DNA of 64,000 nucleotides from Thermoplasmata archaeon (GTDB lineage: Archaea; Thermoplasmatota; Thermoplasmata; Lutacidiplasmatales; UBA184), in contig JAKIWQ010000002.1 of the NCBI GenBank assembly GCA_022749935.1, positions 2,480 to 66,479 of the forward strand. Direction: 5' to 3'. Of this stretch, positions 55,813-64,000 are shown in pieces. The notes below the pieces were generated by a model. The model searched no databases. It saw only the letters and a program-made list of their open reading frames with translations, and was not told the DNA's origin. Numbering within the stretch: the first letter of the stretch is position 1; each line of letters begins with the position of its first letter. The position numbers and the translations under genes were made by a program.

Positions 55813-55937
55813 TCCCAAGGTCCGCCGGACCGTACGGCTCGACACGGAGACATGCGACCCGCGGGGCCGCCCCGCTCCCTCGGGTTCCGGGAGGTGTCTG
55901 CATTCTGGCTTGGATGAATGAGTTCCCGGTCCGCGCG

Positions 55938-56243
55938 CTACCCGTCGACCGGCCTTGCGCGAGGGTGGCGATCCTTGTGCGACGCGACCGCCGCTGCGAC
56001 TTCCGATAAGGGAACCTGGTGCTCGAGAGGATGGTCGCGAGAATAGGTCTCGGCCGCCTGCTCAAACGGCAATCCGGAACGGACCAACGCGATGATCTCC
56101 TCGCGCCGGCGACGGGCTCGACGGGCGATCGCCTGGTACGCCGCGCCGGAGGCTGAACCGCCGTCCATGGCCCGCCGACCCGCCTCAGGACTCGACCGAG
56201 GCAGGTCGCGGGTCCCTTCGCGGGGCCCGTTCTCGCTCATCAA
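55938..56243 (-). CDS. Small helix-turn-helix-like hypothetical protein
   Basis: High third-position G/C. RRRREEIIALVRSGLPFEQAAETYS resembles a resolvase/sigma-r4-type HTH. Confidence 0.45.
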   Translation of the reverse strand: MMSENGPREGTRDLPRSSPEAGRRAMDGGSASGAAYQAIARRARRRREEIIALVRSGLPFEQAAETYSRDHPLEHQVPLSEVAAAVASHKDRHPRARPVDG

Positions 56244-56520
56244 ATCCTACCAATGCACTCCGCGGTAATGACGCCTCCTTCACCAACGGCTGCTAAACCG
56301 TCCTGACTCCGACACGCGGCTCGCGGGTGGGGGCGGCGGGGCGATTCTTCTCATCCCGAGCGGTGGCTTCTCCTCTCCCGACGCGAAATCAGACTCGAAT
56401 GTCATGACCGCGGCCGCCGGACCCCAAACGGGAGGTGGCGGAGTCGACCTCCTTCATCATCCGTGCCGGATAACGTCGACTCTACCGATTCCCTCCTCCG
56501 GCAGGTACCTTGATCGAGAG

Positions 56521-56780
56521 ATGGGATCGGTAGGAGTTCCGGTCGTCTCGACCGTCGAGCTTATCGCGACCTATCGACCTGACCTGACGGTACGATCGAG
56601 AAAACCAAACGCCTCGAACACGCGAATGCCGAACGCACGGACGCCGCCATCCAGTGGGAGGTGGCCGACAATCGGGCGGAGGAGACCGGCCGCCCCACCG
56701 ATGCTCGTGAGGCGGAAGAGAAGGACCGCGCGCTGGTCGCGGCCGATCGCAAGATCAGGGCCATCGAAAAAGAGCGGTAA
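56521..56780 (+). pseudogene. Small charged coiled-coil protein gene readable only with a -1 shift (or a 1-nt insertion) at an A4 run
   Basis: The ATG 56521 frame reads MGSVGVPVVSTVELIATYRPDLTV and then degenerates. From 56595 the adjacent frame reads IEKTKRLEHANAERTDAAIQWEVADNRAEETGRPTDAREAEEKDRALVAADRKIRAIEKER, with G-rich first and GC-rich third positions and no start codon of its own. Confidence 0.3.
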
Positions 56781-57031
56781 CTCCCCCCGTGGCTCGCCGT
56801 TGCGTCGGACCCGCTCCCCCTGAATCTTTGAGAATCTACAGGGGTCGTACTCCACCCTGATTCGACAAAGCCGCTCCTTAGCAAGAAGTTGTCGGAGAAT
56901 CTCATTGACGTTAGAGATATTCCGACACTTGACTCCGGGCCTGCCAATCTTCTGACACGGCGGCGAGCCACCAATCGTTTATGAGTAAAACCGCTCGATT
57001 TCGATAAGGAAATAAGGTCCGTGCCACCTCT

Positions 57032-60000
57032 GTGTGTACTCCTTTCGAAAGACCTGTGCCGAGGATAGGCAGTAACTCGCGGCAATGGTATCCCCCCGTG
57101 CTCGGTTGCATCCTAGCCGCTGCCACATTGGTAGCCCCAGTCGGCCCCTACGACCTGAACCCAGCCACACCCGGCGCACATGGGGGGTTCGCCACATTCA
57201 GTTTCGCGGCCCAACATGGCCAGGTCCCAGGTAGGCATCCCGCCCCCCCCCTGTTGCCGTTGGGACTGTTCCAAGGAGGTCCGGGGCTCACGAAGTCCCT
57301 GCGAGGAAACTCAGCTCCTTCGTCCGGCTTCCTGAGTCCGATTGTAAACGCCACTCTGATTCTCTCGAACGGCACTTTGGTCCTAGGAAACTCGTTGCCT
57401 GCCAATGGGATCCTACCGGACTCGGTCGCACATGACGACCATTTTGGAGAGTCGTTTGTCGCCAATCTGGTAACGAATAATGTGATCGTCGTATCGGAAG
57501 TGGATTACAAGATTGTGGCGACGATCCCTGTGGGGACTTTCCCGGTCGCCGTTGCCTACGACAACCGCACAAACCAGGTGTTCGTTGCTAATGAGGCGTC
57601 GGATGATGTCAGTGTTATTTCGGAAAGCAGTAACAGCGTTGTCGCAACCGTCGGATTGGGCGGTTCTCCCTCCCCAGGTGTGTTCCCGGATTGTCTGACT
57701 TTTGACAGCGGAAAGGGAGAGATGTTCGTCGGTTCTCAGATAGGATCTAACGTCAGCGTGATTTCCGACAAGACGGACACCCTGGTTGGGGTCGCCCAGG
57801 GGGTCGGACCGTCGAGGGGCCTGGCCTACGACAACTCTACCGGGCAAGTGTTCGCTGCGAATCCCGACACCGGTAATGTAAGCGTGATCTCCGACGCTAG
57901 TCTCACGGTCACTGCTCGGATTGCGGTGGGAGTGGCACCGGCCGCTCTCACCTATGACTGGGGAACGAAGGAGATCTATGTCTCGAATTCTGGCTCGGCC
58001 AACATCAGCGTGATCTCTGATGTTACCGATTCGGTTGTGTCGACAGTACGGGTCGGTGCGGGTCCCTGGGGTCTCGCTTATGAGCGGGGCAACCAGCAGG
58101 TGTTTGTCGCAAATTCCAGGTCTGCGAATCTGAGTGTTGTTTCGGACTCTACGCACACTGTTGTTGCGACAGTCGCTATGCCCTATGGTCCCTATGGTGT
58201 GGCGGCTGCGGGGCGAACCGATTCGATTCTTGTCGCTAATGCTGGATCAGACAGCCTCAGCGTAGTGTCCGGAGCAACGGACACCCTAAACGTTACGCTG
58301 GCGCTCGGGGCCAACCCCCAGGGGCTCGCATCCGACCTTGCTCGGGGGGAGTTGTTCGTCTCCGACACGGACTCGCCCAAGATAAAGGTGATATCGGCGG
58401 CGACGAACTCCCTCGTAGCGAACATTCCTATCGGGGTTTGGACAAGCGCCGTCTCCTACGATCGTGCTCGCGGAGAAATGTTTGCCGCAGACCTAGGTTG
58501 TTCCGTGCCTGTGTGCACGCAGGGCAACGTGAGCGTGATCTCAGACGCGACAAATAGCGTCGTCCGGACTATTGTTGTGGGCAGCCAGCCTTCTGCCCTC
58601 GCGCTCGACTACGGTCGTGGCGAATTTTTCGTAGCCAACGAACTCTCGAATAGTGTCACAGTGGTCAACGATTCTACGGATGCGGTCATCGCCACAGTTC
58701 GGCTGGCAAACAACAGCGCCCCAGCTGGCTTGGCGTACGACTCCAACACTGGGCAAGTCTACGTCGCCGATTCGGGGACGAAAGACGTGAGCCTCATCAA
58801 CGACTCAACGAATGGCGTGATTGGGACTGTGTTGGTTGGCACCCAGCCAACTGGAGTTGCGTTCGATAACGCCACGGGGGAGATCTATGTCGCCGACACT
58901 CTTTCGAACCAAGTGAGCGTGATCTCGGATACGACGCGGGCTGTCATCGCGACTATTCCGGTTGGGTCGAACCCGGTCGGACTCTCCTACGACGCCGCCA
59001 CGGATGAAGTCTTCACGGTAAACTCTGCATCGGGCAACCTCAGTGTAATATCTGCTGTGACCCACACGACCGTGTCGAGTGTTTCGGTAGGTTCAGTCCC
59101 AGTCGCCTGTTCTGCTCTGAGAGGTAGTTCATATGTCAGCAACTCCGTCGGCGGGACCCTATCGATCCTCGAGCGGCCGACTGGCTACGAAGTGAACTTC
59201 TCGGAATCGGGTCTCCCAACGGGCACCTCGTGGTCTGTTACGCTCAACGGAAGCCTACAGTCTTCCACCGCCGGAACTGACTCCTTCCTGGAAGCGAACG
59301 GGACGTACGCCTACACCGTCGGGTCGACCACCTCAGATCAAGCGAGTCCGTCCGCTGGGAACGTTACGGTTGGAGGTTCAAGCGTCAGACTGGCCATCAC
59401 GTTTTCACCCCTCCCCCGGGCGTACGCGATCACGTTCAGAGAGTCCGGTCTTGATCCAACGGGAATCTGGTACGTTAACATAAGCTCTCAGTACTCTTTC
59501 GCTTCGAACGGAAATCTTGTCGTCTTGAGATTACTCAACGGGACGTACCCCTTTTCCATCGCAACTCCTAGCAAGATCTACTATCCTTTTCCGGCGACAG
59601 GCGAGTTCACTGTTGACGGGAGCGCTCTTGGAGAGATCATAATGTTCGTCGAGATCACATTCGGTGCCGCGTTCAAAGAATCCGGGCTCCCCGACCAAAC
59701 GAATTGGTCGGTGTCGGTAGACGGTGTTCAGGAGTACTCGACGTCAACAACCATCGCCTTTTACGAACCCAATGGCTCCTACACATACGTCGTTACCCCA
59801 CTCCCAGGATTCGCCGTCAACGAGAGTTACGGCGTTCTAACAGTATCGGGGGGGGAGGTAGCCGTCGACATCGCGTTCTTATCCATTCGGGGAAATCCCC
59901 CACCATCCGCATTGGTGATCGGGCTCATCAACTGGATATTGATCGGGTTTATTCTCGCCACCACAGCTATCGGAATTCTCACCATACTAACCATCCGTCG

Positions 60001-60124
60001 GAGGGCGAGGAGCCCCTCTCAATCTCTCCCGCTGTCTAAGAGCCCATTCCCCTCAAAGGGGGAATCCGGACATCGAAGGCCCAAAAACGACCGCGATGTG
60101 CCGCCTCACCCACCGCAACGGTAG
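57032..60124 (+). CDS. Cell-surface protein, paralog of 1670-4684: 14 YVTN beta-propeller repeats, three Ig-like repeats, C-terminal TM anchor
   Basis: Same repeat pattern (..VFVAN..S..VSVISD.T..VVATV.VG..P.G.AYD) counted 14 times. Three repeats carry (S/K)ESGLP.(G)T.WSV. TM helix WILIGFILATTAIGILTILTI is followed by RRRAR. The start is uncertain; in-frame GTG 57098 gives a signal-like MLGCILAAATLVAP. Confidence 0.9.
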   Translation: MCTPFERPVPRIGSNSRQWYPPVLGCILAAATLVAPVGPYDLNPATPGAHGGFATFSFAAQHGQVPGRHPAPPLLPLGLFQGGPGLTKSLRGNSAPSSGFLSPIVNATLILSNGTLVLGNSLPANGILPDSVAHDDHFGESFVANLVTNNVIVVSEVDYKIVATIPVGTFPVAVAYDNRTNQVFVANEASDDVSVISESSNSVVATVGLGGSPSPGVFPDCLTFDSGKGEMFVGSQIGSNVSVISDKTDTLVGVAQGVGPSRGLAYDNSTGQVFAANPDTGNVSVISDASLTVTARIAVGVAPAALTYDWGTKEIYVSNSGSANISVISDVTDSVVSTVRVGAGPWGLAYERGNQQVFVANSRSANLSVVSDSTHTVVATVAMPYGPYGVAAAGRTDSILVANAGSDSLSVVSGATDTLNVTLALGANPQGLASDLARGELFVSDTDSPKIKVISAATNSLVANIPIGVWTSAVSYDRARGEMFAADLGCSVPVCTQGNVSVISDATNSVVRTIVVGSQPSALALDYGRGEFFVANELSNSVTVVNDSTDAVIATVRLANNSAPAGLAYDSNTGQVYVADSGTKDVSLINDSTNGVIGTVLVGTQPTGVAFDNATGEIYVADTLSNQVSVISDTTRAVIATIPVGSNPVGLSYDAATDEVFTVNSASGNLSVISAVTHTTVSSVSVGSVPVACSALRGSSYVSNSVGGTLSILERPTGYEVNFSESGLPTGTSWSVTLNGSLQSSTAGTDSFLEANGTYAYTVGSTTSDQASPSAGNVTVGGSSVRLAITFSPLPRAYAITFRESGLDPTGIWYVNISSQYSFASNGNLVVLRLLNGTYPFSIATPSKIYYPFPATGEFTVDGSALGEIIMFVEITFGAAFKESGLPDQTNWSVSVDGVQEYSTSTTIAFYEPNGSYTYVVTPLPGFAVNESYGVLTVSGGEVAVDIAFLSIRGNPPPSALVIGLINWILIGFILATTAIGILTILTIRRRARSPSQSLPLSKSPFPSKGESGHRRPKNDRDVPPHPPQR

Positions 60125-60484
60125 CTACAGCGACCGGGCTGACGGCAGCTCGCTTGGCCGGGTGCGGCGGCTGGCGCCAGATTACTAGCGGATTGTTTCT
60201 TAGCCGCGATGTGGTCCGCGGAATGGAGTAAGTTGGAACATATCGTGTCGGCCGACCGATCATGAGAGGTGAATCGGCAGCGGAATTTCATCACATATAG
60301 TCGCAAACTTCAAACCTACTTTGAGTTCGGGCCCCTGCCGGTAGGGGACTCGTCCACCGCTTAAGAGAATCCCGATAGCGAGTAGAATCTTCGATGCCCG
60401 CAGTACTGTCGGGAGCGATGGGGGCCTCCGGGTGGGAGCAACCCCTTCACACTAAGAGCACGATCAGTTTAGTTCCTTTGACGG

Positions 60485-61093
60485 TCAGGTTTGGGATAGA
60501 TTGGCAAGAGATTTTCGGCGCCTGGCCTCCAGTGCCCCGATTAGGCCGAGCCCGAACCCAAGGATTATGGCGCCCGCAGCCGTCACCAACGTGGCAAGCG
60601 CCCGAGTCGATTCGGGGACGGTTGCCGGGCCACTTCCGTGGGTGAAAAAGAACGCGGGGAGAGGCATGTAGACACCAATCAAGACGAGACCGAACCCGAG
60701 GAAAAAGAGCGACATTCCGAAGACCAAGAGTCGTGGATTGATTAGACTAGGGGCCACCAAAGACCCGCTTCCGACGCGGCCCGCGACGACATGAACGCGA
60801 ATGTAGCGAGCGAGCCCCTCGGACAGCAGAAAGGCCCCGGCTCCAAGGATCACGAGGATTAGTGCGAGGGCTTCCAGCCATGAAAAGGTCGCCACACCCG
60901 TCCCTCCACTAGAGAAACCCGCGTGCGAATCCACCCCCATCAATACCGAGAGGCCGATGAGCCCGGTCCCGAGAATAGTGGCCAAGCCGGTGAAAACTCG
61001 CCCATCGTCTCCCATTGAAGACCGTCCGTCGAGTGACGATCCAGATCCCGACAACTTACTCTCGCTCATAGTTTGCGCCGTCCAGTACTGCAC
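60485..61093 (-). CDS. Polytopic membrane protein, start overlapping the upstream G1-like peptidase stop
   Basis: 5 TM helices. GTG 61093 shares one base with the TAG stop of the upstream gene (TAGTG). Alternative ATG start at MSESKL. Confidence 0.6.
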   Translation of the reverse strand: MQYWTAQTMSESKLSGSGSSLDGRSSMGDDGRVFTGLATILGTGLIGLSVLMGVDSHAGFSSGGTGVATFSWLEALALILVILGAGAFLLSEGLARYIRVHVVAGRVGSGSLVAPSLINPRLLVFGMSLFFLGFGLVLIGVYMPLPAFFFTHGSGPATVPESTRALATLVTAAGAIILGFGLGLIGALEARRRKSLANLSQT

Positions 61094-62268
61094 TAGTTGT
61101 GCGTGACGTCAAAGGCGTTTGTAGTGCAAAGCGCTGGGTGCTGGCAGTTCCCTGTGATGTTGTACATCGCGTCCACCGTCACCTGAGTGATCTGTGTGTT
61201 CTTTGAGTTGGACACCAGCCAAGCGTACTGATGAGTTGCAATCGTTTCGGGGTAGAAGGTAAACGCCGTCCCGAAGGTGGGAGTTTCCCAATTCCCGCCG
61301 TTGGGGTTGCCCGGAGGATTTTCAGTCTCGAACTGGCCGTAGTATGGTGAGCCCATGGCCATAGAAGCCGCGGAGGAACATCCTTGCGAGTTCCCGAAAT
61401 CCCACAGCGCAAGGTGGTACTGGCTGCTGGAATAGCTGACGCTGACAGAAATCTTGTCGCCCGAGGACGCGGCGAAGCACGGATGGTTAGACTGGTCGGG
61501 AAAGAACTCGTACCATGCCGCATAGATTGATGTACAAATGTATCCACCCAACGTGGGAGTGCAGATGTCGGCCTGGTCGGTGCCAGTCTGTGCGATACCC
61601 GAGGAACCGGTGCCAGCGGCAGACTCCCCCACCCACGCTGCGATGTCGCAATAACCGTTCCAGGCGATACTCGCCCCGCAGTGCCCTGAACTGTCAGCAC
61701 CGACGTTTGGCACAGTCCACTCTGCAGCCACTGCCTCACTGGTCACGAATGTGTAGCCCGCCCAGTTACCGCCGCCCCCATGCTCGATGTTCTGGGTGTG
61801 TGAAACAGTCTGGAGGGGTGAGATTTCCGCTCTGGCGCTTGTTACGGCCAACGAGGTTGCGTTCTCAGTCACCACTATGTTCTCGACACCTAAGGGCGTA
61901 GTTGAGGTGAAAACTACGTCGACACTCTGAATGGATGGCGTACACGAGACCTGGCTGAAGCTCCATAGATTGTATGCACCGTCGTAGCTAAAGCTCAGAT
62001 TTGATCCCAACCCATTCGCGACCAAGTGATAGGCAGAGGAGTTGTTCGCCGCCTCAGCGGCAGTGGTGTAGTTGATACCGGCACTCTGATTCTGGGCCAA
62101 TTGAGTGAGTTGAGCCGAGCAACTAGGCGCAGACGTCGGAATGGCGCCCATACTTGCACTTGAGTTTCCAGCTGAAATCAGGAGGAGGACCGCTATGAAG
62201 ACTGAGCCGGAAATTGATAACCGGAGAGCGCCAGACCGAGAATGGGGTGCTACCAATTGAATTGACAT
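61093..62268 (-). CDS. Secreted peptidase G1 (eqolisin)-like protein, copy 2
   Basis: ATG 62268 gives a signal/anchor (LRLSISGSVFIAVLLLISAG). Motifs GGNWAGYTF...AEWTVPNV...AAWVGESA...IAQTGTD...YAAWYEFFPD...SGDKISVSVSY. The upstream 159 codons of the track ORF look non-coding. Confidence 0.7.
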   Translation of the reverse strand: MSIQLVAPHSRSGALRLSISGSVFIAVLLLISAGNSSASMGAIPTSAPSCSAQLTQLAQNQSAGINYTTAAEAANNSSAYHLVANGLGSNLSFSYDGAYNLWSFSQVSCTPSIQSVDVVFTSTTPLGVENIVVTENATSLAVTSARAEISPLQTVSHTQNIEHGGGGNWAGYTFVTSEAVAAEWTVPNVGADSSGHCGASIAWNGYCDIAAWVGESAAGTGSSGIAQTGTDQADICTPTLGGYICTSIYAAWYEFFPDQSNHPCFAASSGDKISVSVSYSSSQYHLALWDFGNSQGCSSAASMAMGSPYYGQFETENPPGNPNGGNWETPTFGTAFTFYPETIATHQYAWLVSNSKNTQITQVTVDAMYNITGNCQHPALCTTNAFDVTHN

Positions 62269-62842
62269 GGTATATAAGGGCCGCCAAAGGGGATAAGCTA
62301 CCTCTCTTGTGGGCCGAGAATGCGCGCCTCCCTTCCGGTCTGAAATGCACGGTCGGAAACCCATGCGACAAGTTGGCAGGCGTGCCCCGAATGGTGTGAG
62401 TGCACAAAATCTAGGGTTCGTTAGACCACCGATCCGCCGCGAGATGGGGGCTGCTTGGTGCCGCGAATCCCTAAGCAGAGGCAGAACCCATGGGTTGCTC
62501 CGCCGCCGGGGGGGCTTCATATTCGACAATACCTTACGTTCTCCCCTTCGTGGAGGGCTACCATTACTGGTTCCCCGCCAACTTCGGCCAGTGGTCAATT
62601 GACAATTTGGGAGTCGGTCCAGATGGCAGTGGCTACGCCTTCTTGAACTCGCCCTGCTGGTCTCCCGAGGGACCACACACACCTCTCCCACGAGGCAACC
62701 AGCACCGGGGCGTAATCGGGGAAAGGGTGACCAAACTGTCTCCAAGGCAACTCATCCCTCTGGTCTGGGTGGAACGTCGCTATCGTTTAATCTCCGGAAG
62801 AGGGCGGATGAACCGACACCCAGGAGGGGGTCGGGCCAATTT

Positions 62843-62913
62843 TCCGACAGTTGTCCCATTCTCCGACAGTTGGCCCTTTCTCCGACAGCTGGCCCAGTCT
62901 CCGACGACGTCCC
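62843..62913. repeat. Four tandem copies of a 19-bp unit (core TCCGACAGYTGKCCC), exact 19-nt phasing
   Basis: Unit starts at 62843, 62862, 62881 and 62900: tccgacagttgtccc / tccgacagttggccc / tccgacagctggccc / tccgacgacgtccc. There are no spacers, and the period is not a multiple of 3. Confidence 0.85.
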
Positions 62914-63035
62914 ATGGCAAGGGAACGAACGCATCATCGAGCCTCCGGAAACCGGTGACCCACCGTCCTCGGCGACGCGCCCCAGGGCTCGCACCCGCCC
63001 CAAATTCCGGGAGTCCCCATCGCGGAAATCCCGCC

Positions 63036-63353
63036 CTAACCCCTGGCGAGGGGCTTTCCGATGACCCAATAGTGTCGTTGGCCCGTGATCGATTCCGGCG
63101 CCCCTTCGCCCCCGATGATGCCCTCATCCAGCCACTTCTCGAGACCCTGCCGGATTTCAGCCACCGCGGCGCCCGTATCGAGGCTGTTCGACGACGTGGG
63201 GCGTCCATCCGTCGGGACGAAGCCTCGCGACCGTAGACCCTTCCACACCAACTCCGCGGTCACGGCACGGCCCCGGTGACGATCTAGGAAGGCGAGGATG
63301 AACGCGTCGGCCACGGCGTCGGGGTCCACGCTGGTTTGGAATTGGATCGACAT
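63036..63353 (-). CDS. Hypothetical protein (105 aa)
   Basis: Internal ATG 63353 (MSIQFQTSVDPDAVADAFILAFLDRHRGRAVTAELVWKGL...). The upstream part of the track ORF is Arg/Pro/Gly junk. Possibly winged-helix-like; not confidently assigned. Confidence 0.5.
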   Translation of the reverse strand: MSIQFQTSVDPDAVADAFILAFLDRHRGRAVTAELVWKGLRSRGFVPTDGRPTSSNSLDTGAAVAEIRQGLEKWLDEGIIGGEGAPESITGQRHYWVIGKPLARG

Positions 63354-63841
63354 TTTTTCGGGCTCTGTCGGGGGAGTCGGGCGGGCTATATCACCAACCT
63401 GAGGACGTGCTCCCCCGTCTCCGGCCCGCGAGCCCGCGTAGGGGACCCATCGGCCGTGCCGTCGGTGGGTGAAAGGTGACCTCCGCGAGGGCACGGAACC
63501 TGCGGTCGGACGATTGTGCCGGCGCGAATGGCCGCACGTCAGAGAGAAGAACCTTCGAGGGACTTCCCTGGTCCTTCAGGCCCGTTGGTCGTGCACTGAG
63601 ATACGCATCGGCAGGTGCCTCCGGGGACTGAATCCCCCTCGAAAGAGCTCCCGGAACACCCGTCAAAGAGTCGGTGAAAAAAAAGGGACCCGCCACCGTC
63701 CGATTCTGAACCGTACCCGTTCAAACCAGTCATTAAATACGGCCGACACCCGACTTGGACTCCTGCTGACAACTGTCTGACAAACAGACTGGGGTCACCA
63801 CGGGAACGACTCCAAGCTCACGCGGTAGAGAGGGACGCTCG

Positions 63842-64000
63842 ATGCACCTGAAACGGGTCAAACTCCGAAACTTCAAGTCGTTCGCCGGGGCCACGGAGAT
63901 CCCGTTCCAGCCGGGATTCACGGGAGTGGCCGGCCCCAACGGGATGGGCAAGTCCAACATCTCCGACGCCATCCTCTTCGTCCTTGGCCCGACCAGCTCC
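63842..64000 (+). CDS. smc: SMC chromosome segregation ATPase, N-terminus (partial, runs off the window)
   Basis: [49 protein letters not shown] is the canonical SMC N-terminal Walker A region. Confidence 0.85.
   Translation, partial: MHLKRVKLRNFKSFAGATEIPFQPGFTGVAGPNGMGKSNISDAILFVLGPTSS

Noticed and set aside
62266-62282. TTATATA box abutting the ATG of the second G1-like gene
   Set aside because: It is too close (2 nt) to the start codon to act as this gene's TATA box if translation starts at 62268. It could serve an opposite-strand transcript or indicate a different start, so it is unresolved and not called.
62490-63236. Plus-strand ORF whose first ~60 codons look protein-like (..IPYVLPFVEGYHYWFPANFGQWSIDNLGVGPDGSGYAFLNSPCW..)
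   Set aside because: It continues through the 19-bp non-triplet repeat array and then antisense to the 63036-63353 gene. It has no signal or family match. It may be a gene fragment, but the sequence alone does not support a call.
1-64000. Search for CRISPR arrays, rRNA genes, integrases/transposases and further tRNAs
   Set aside because: No spaced direct repeats, rRNA-like segments, recombinase motifs or additional cloverleaf candidates were seen by eye in the intergenic regions. This is a manual scan, so small ncRNAs could have been missed.

Overview
GC-rich archaeal chromosomal segment. Archaeal markers are TFB, a thermosome subunit, aIF5B, a Dpo4-type Y-family polymerase, a JAMM/MPN protease, KaiC/RadA-like ATPases and a tRNA with a bulge-helix-bulge intron. 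The composition and gene set suggest an uncultivated Thermoplasmata-like euryarchaeon, but that is only a guess. Most of the window, about 7.6-56 kb, is densely packed housekeeping and metabolic genes. Many have 4-nt start/stop overlaps: gcvPA-gcvPB-M24 peptidase-PFK, IMPase-NAD kinase, DoxX-SDR and nitroreductase-ITPase. Four MFS transporters are interspersed. Both ends of the window are visibly lower in G+C. Each end carries a paralogous cell-surface module: a secreted peptidase-G1 (eqolisin)-like protein plus a roughly 1000-aa protein with 14 YVTN beta-propeller blades, three Ig-like repeats and a C-terminal membrane anchor. Main points for a second look: (1) tRNA-Asp(GUC) split by a 33-nt intron in the T-loop, with a hand-foldable BHB motif. 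(2) A Y-family polymerase whose catalytic N-terminal motif lies upstream of any ATG/GTG/TTG in any frame; it sits in a same-strand gene train behind an active plus degenerate KaiC-like ATPase pair. (3) The duplicated protease/propeller modules; one is flanked by an imperfect ~67-nt direct repeat with a conserved hairpin and followed by a low-GC islet of small orphan genes. (4) A perfectly phased 19-bp x4 tandem repeat in an intergenic region. (5) Two genes that need a 1-nt insertion in a homopolymer to be read correctly, either assembly error or frameshifting. (6) A loose B12-radical-SAM / peptidase / small Cys-His protein / MFS neighbourhood. No CRISPR array, rRNA, integrase or transposase was seen. 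Start codons in this GC-rich DNA are often uncertain. Many long ORFs in the supplied track are shadow frames of real genes and were not called.
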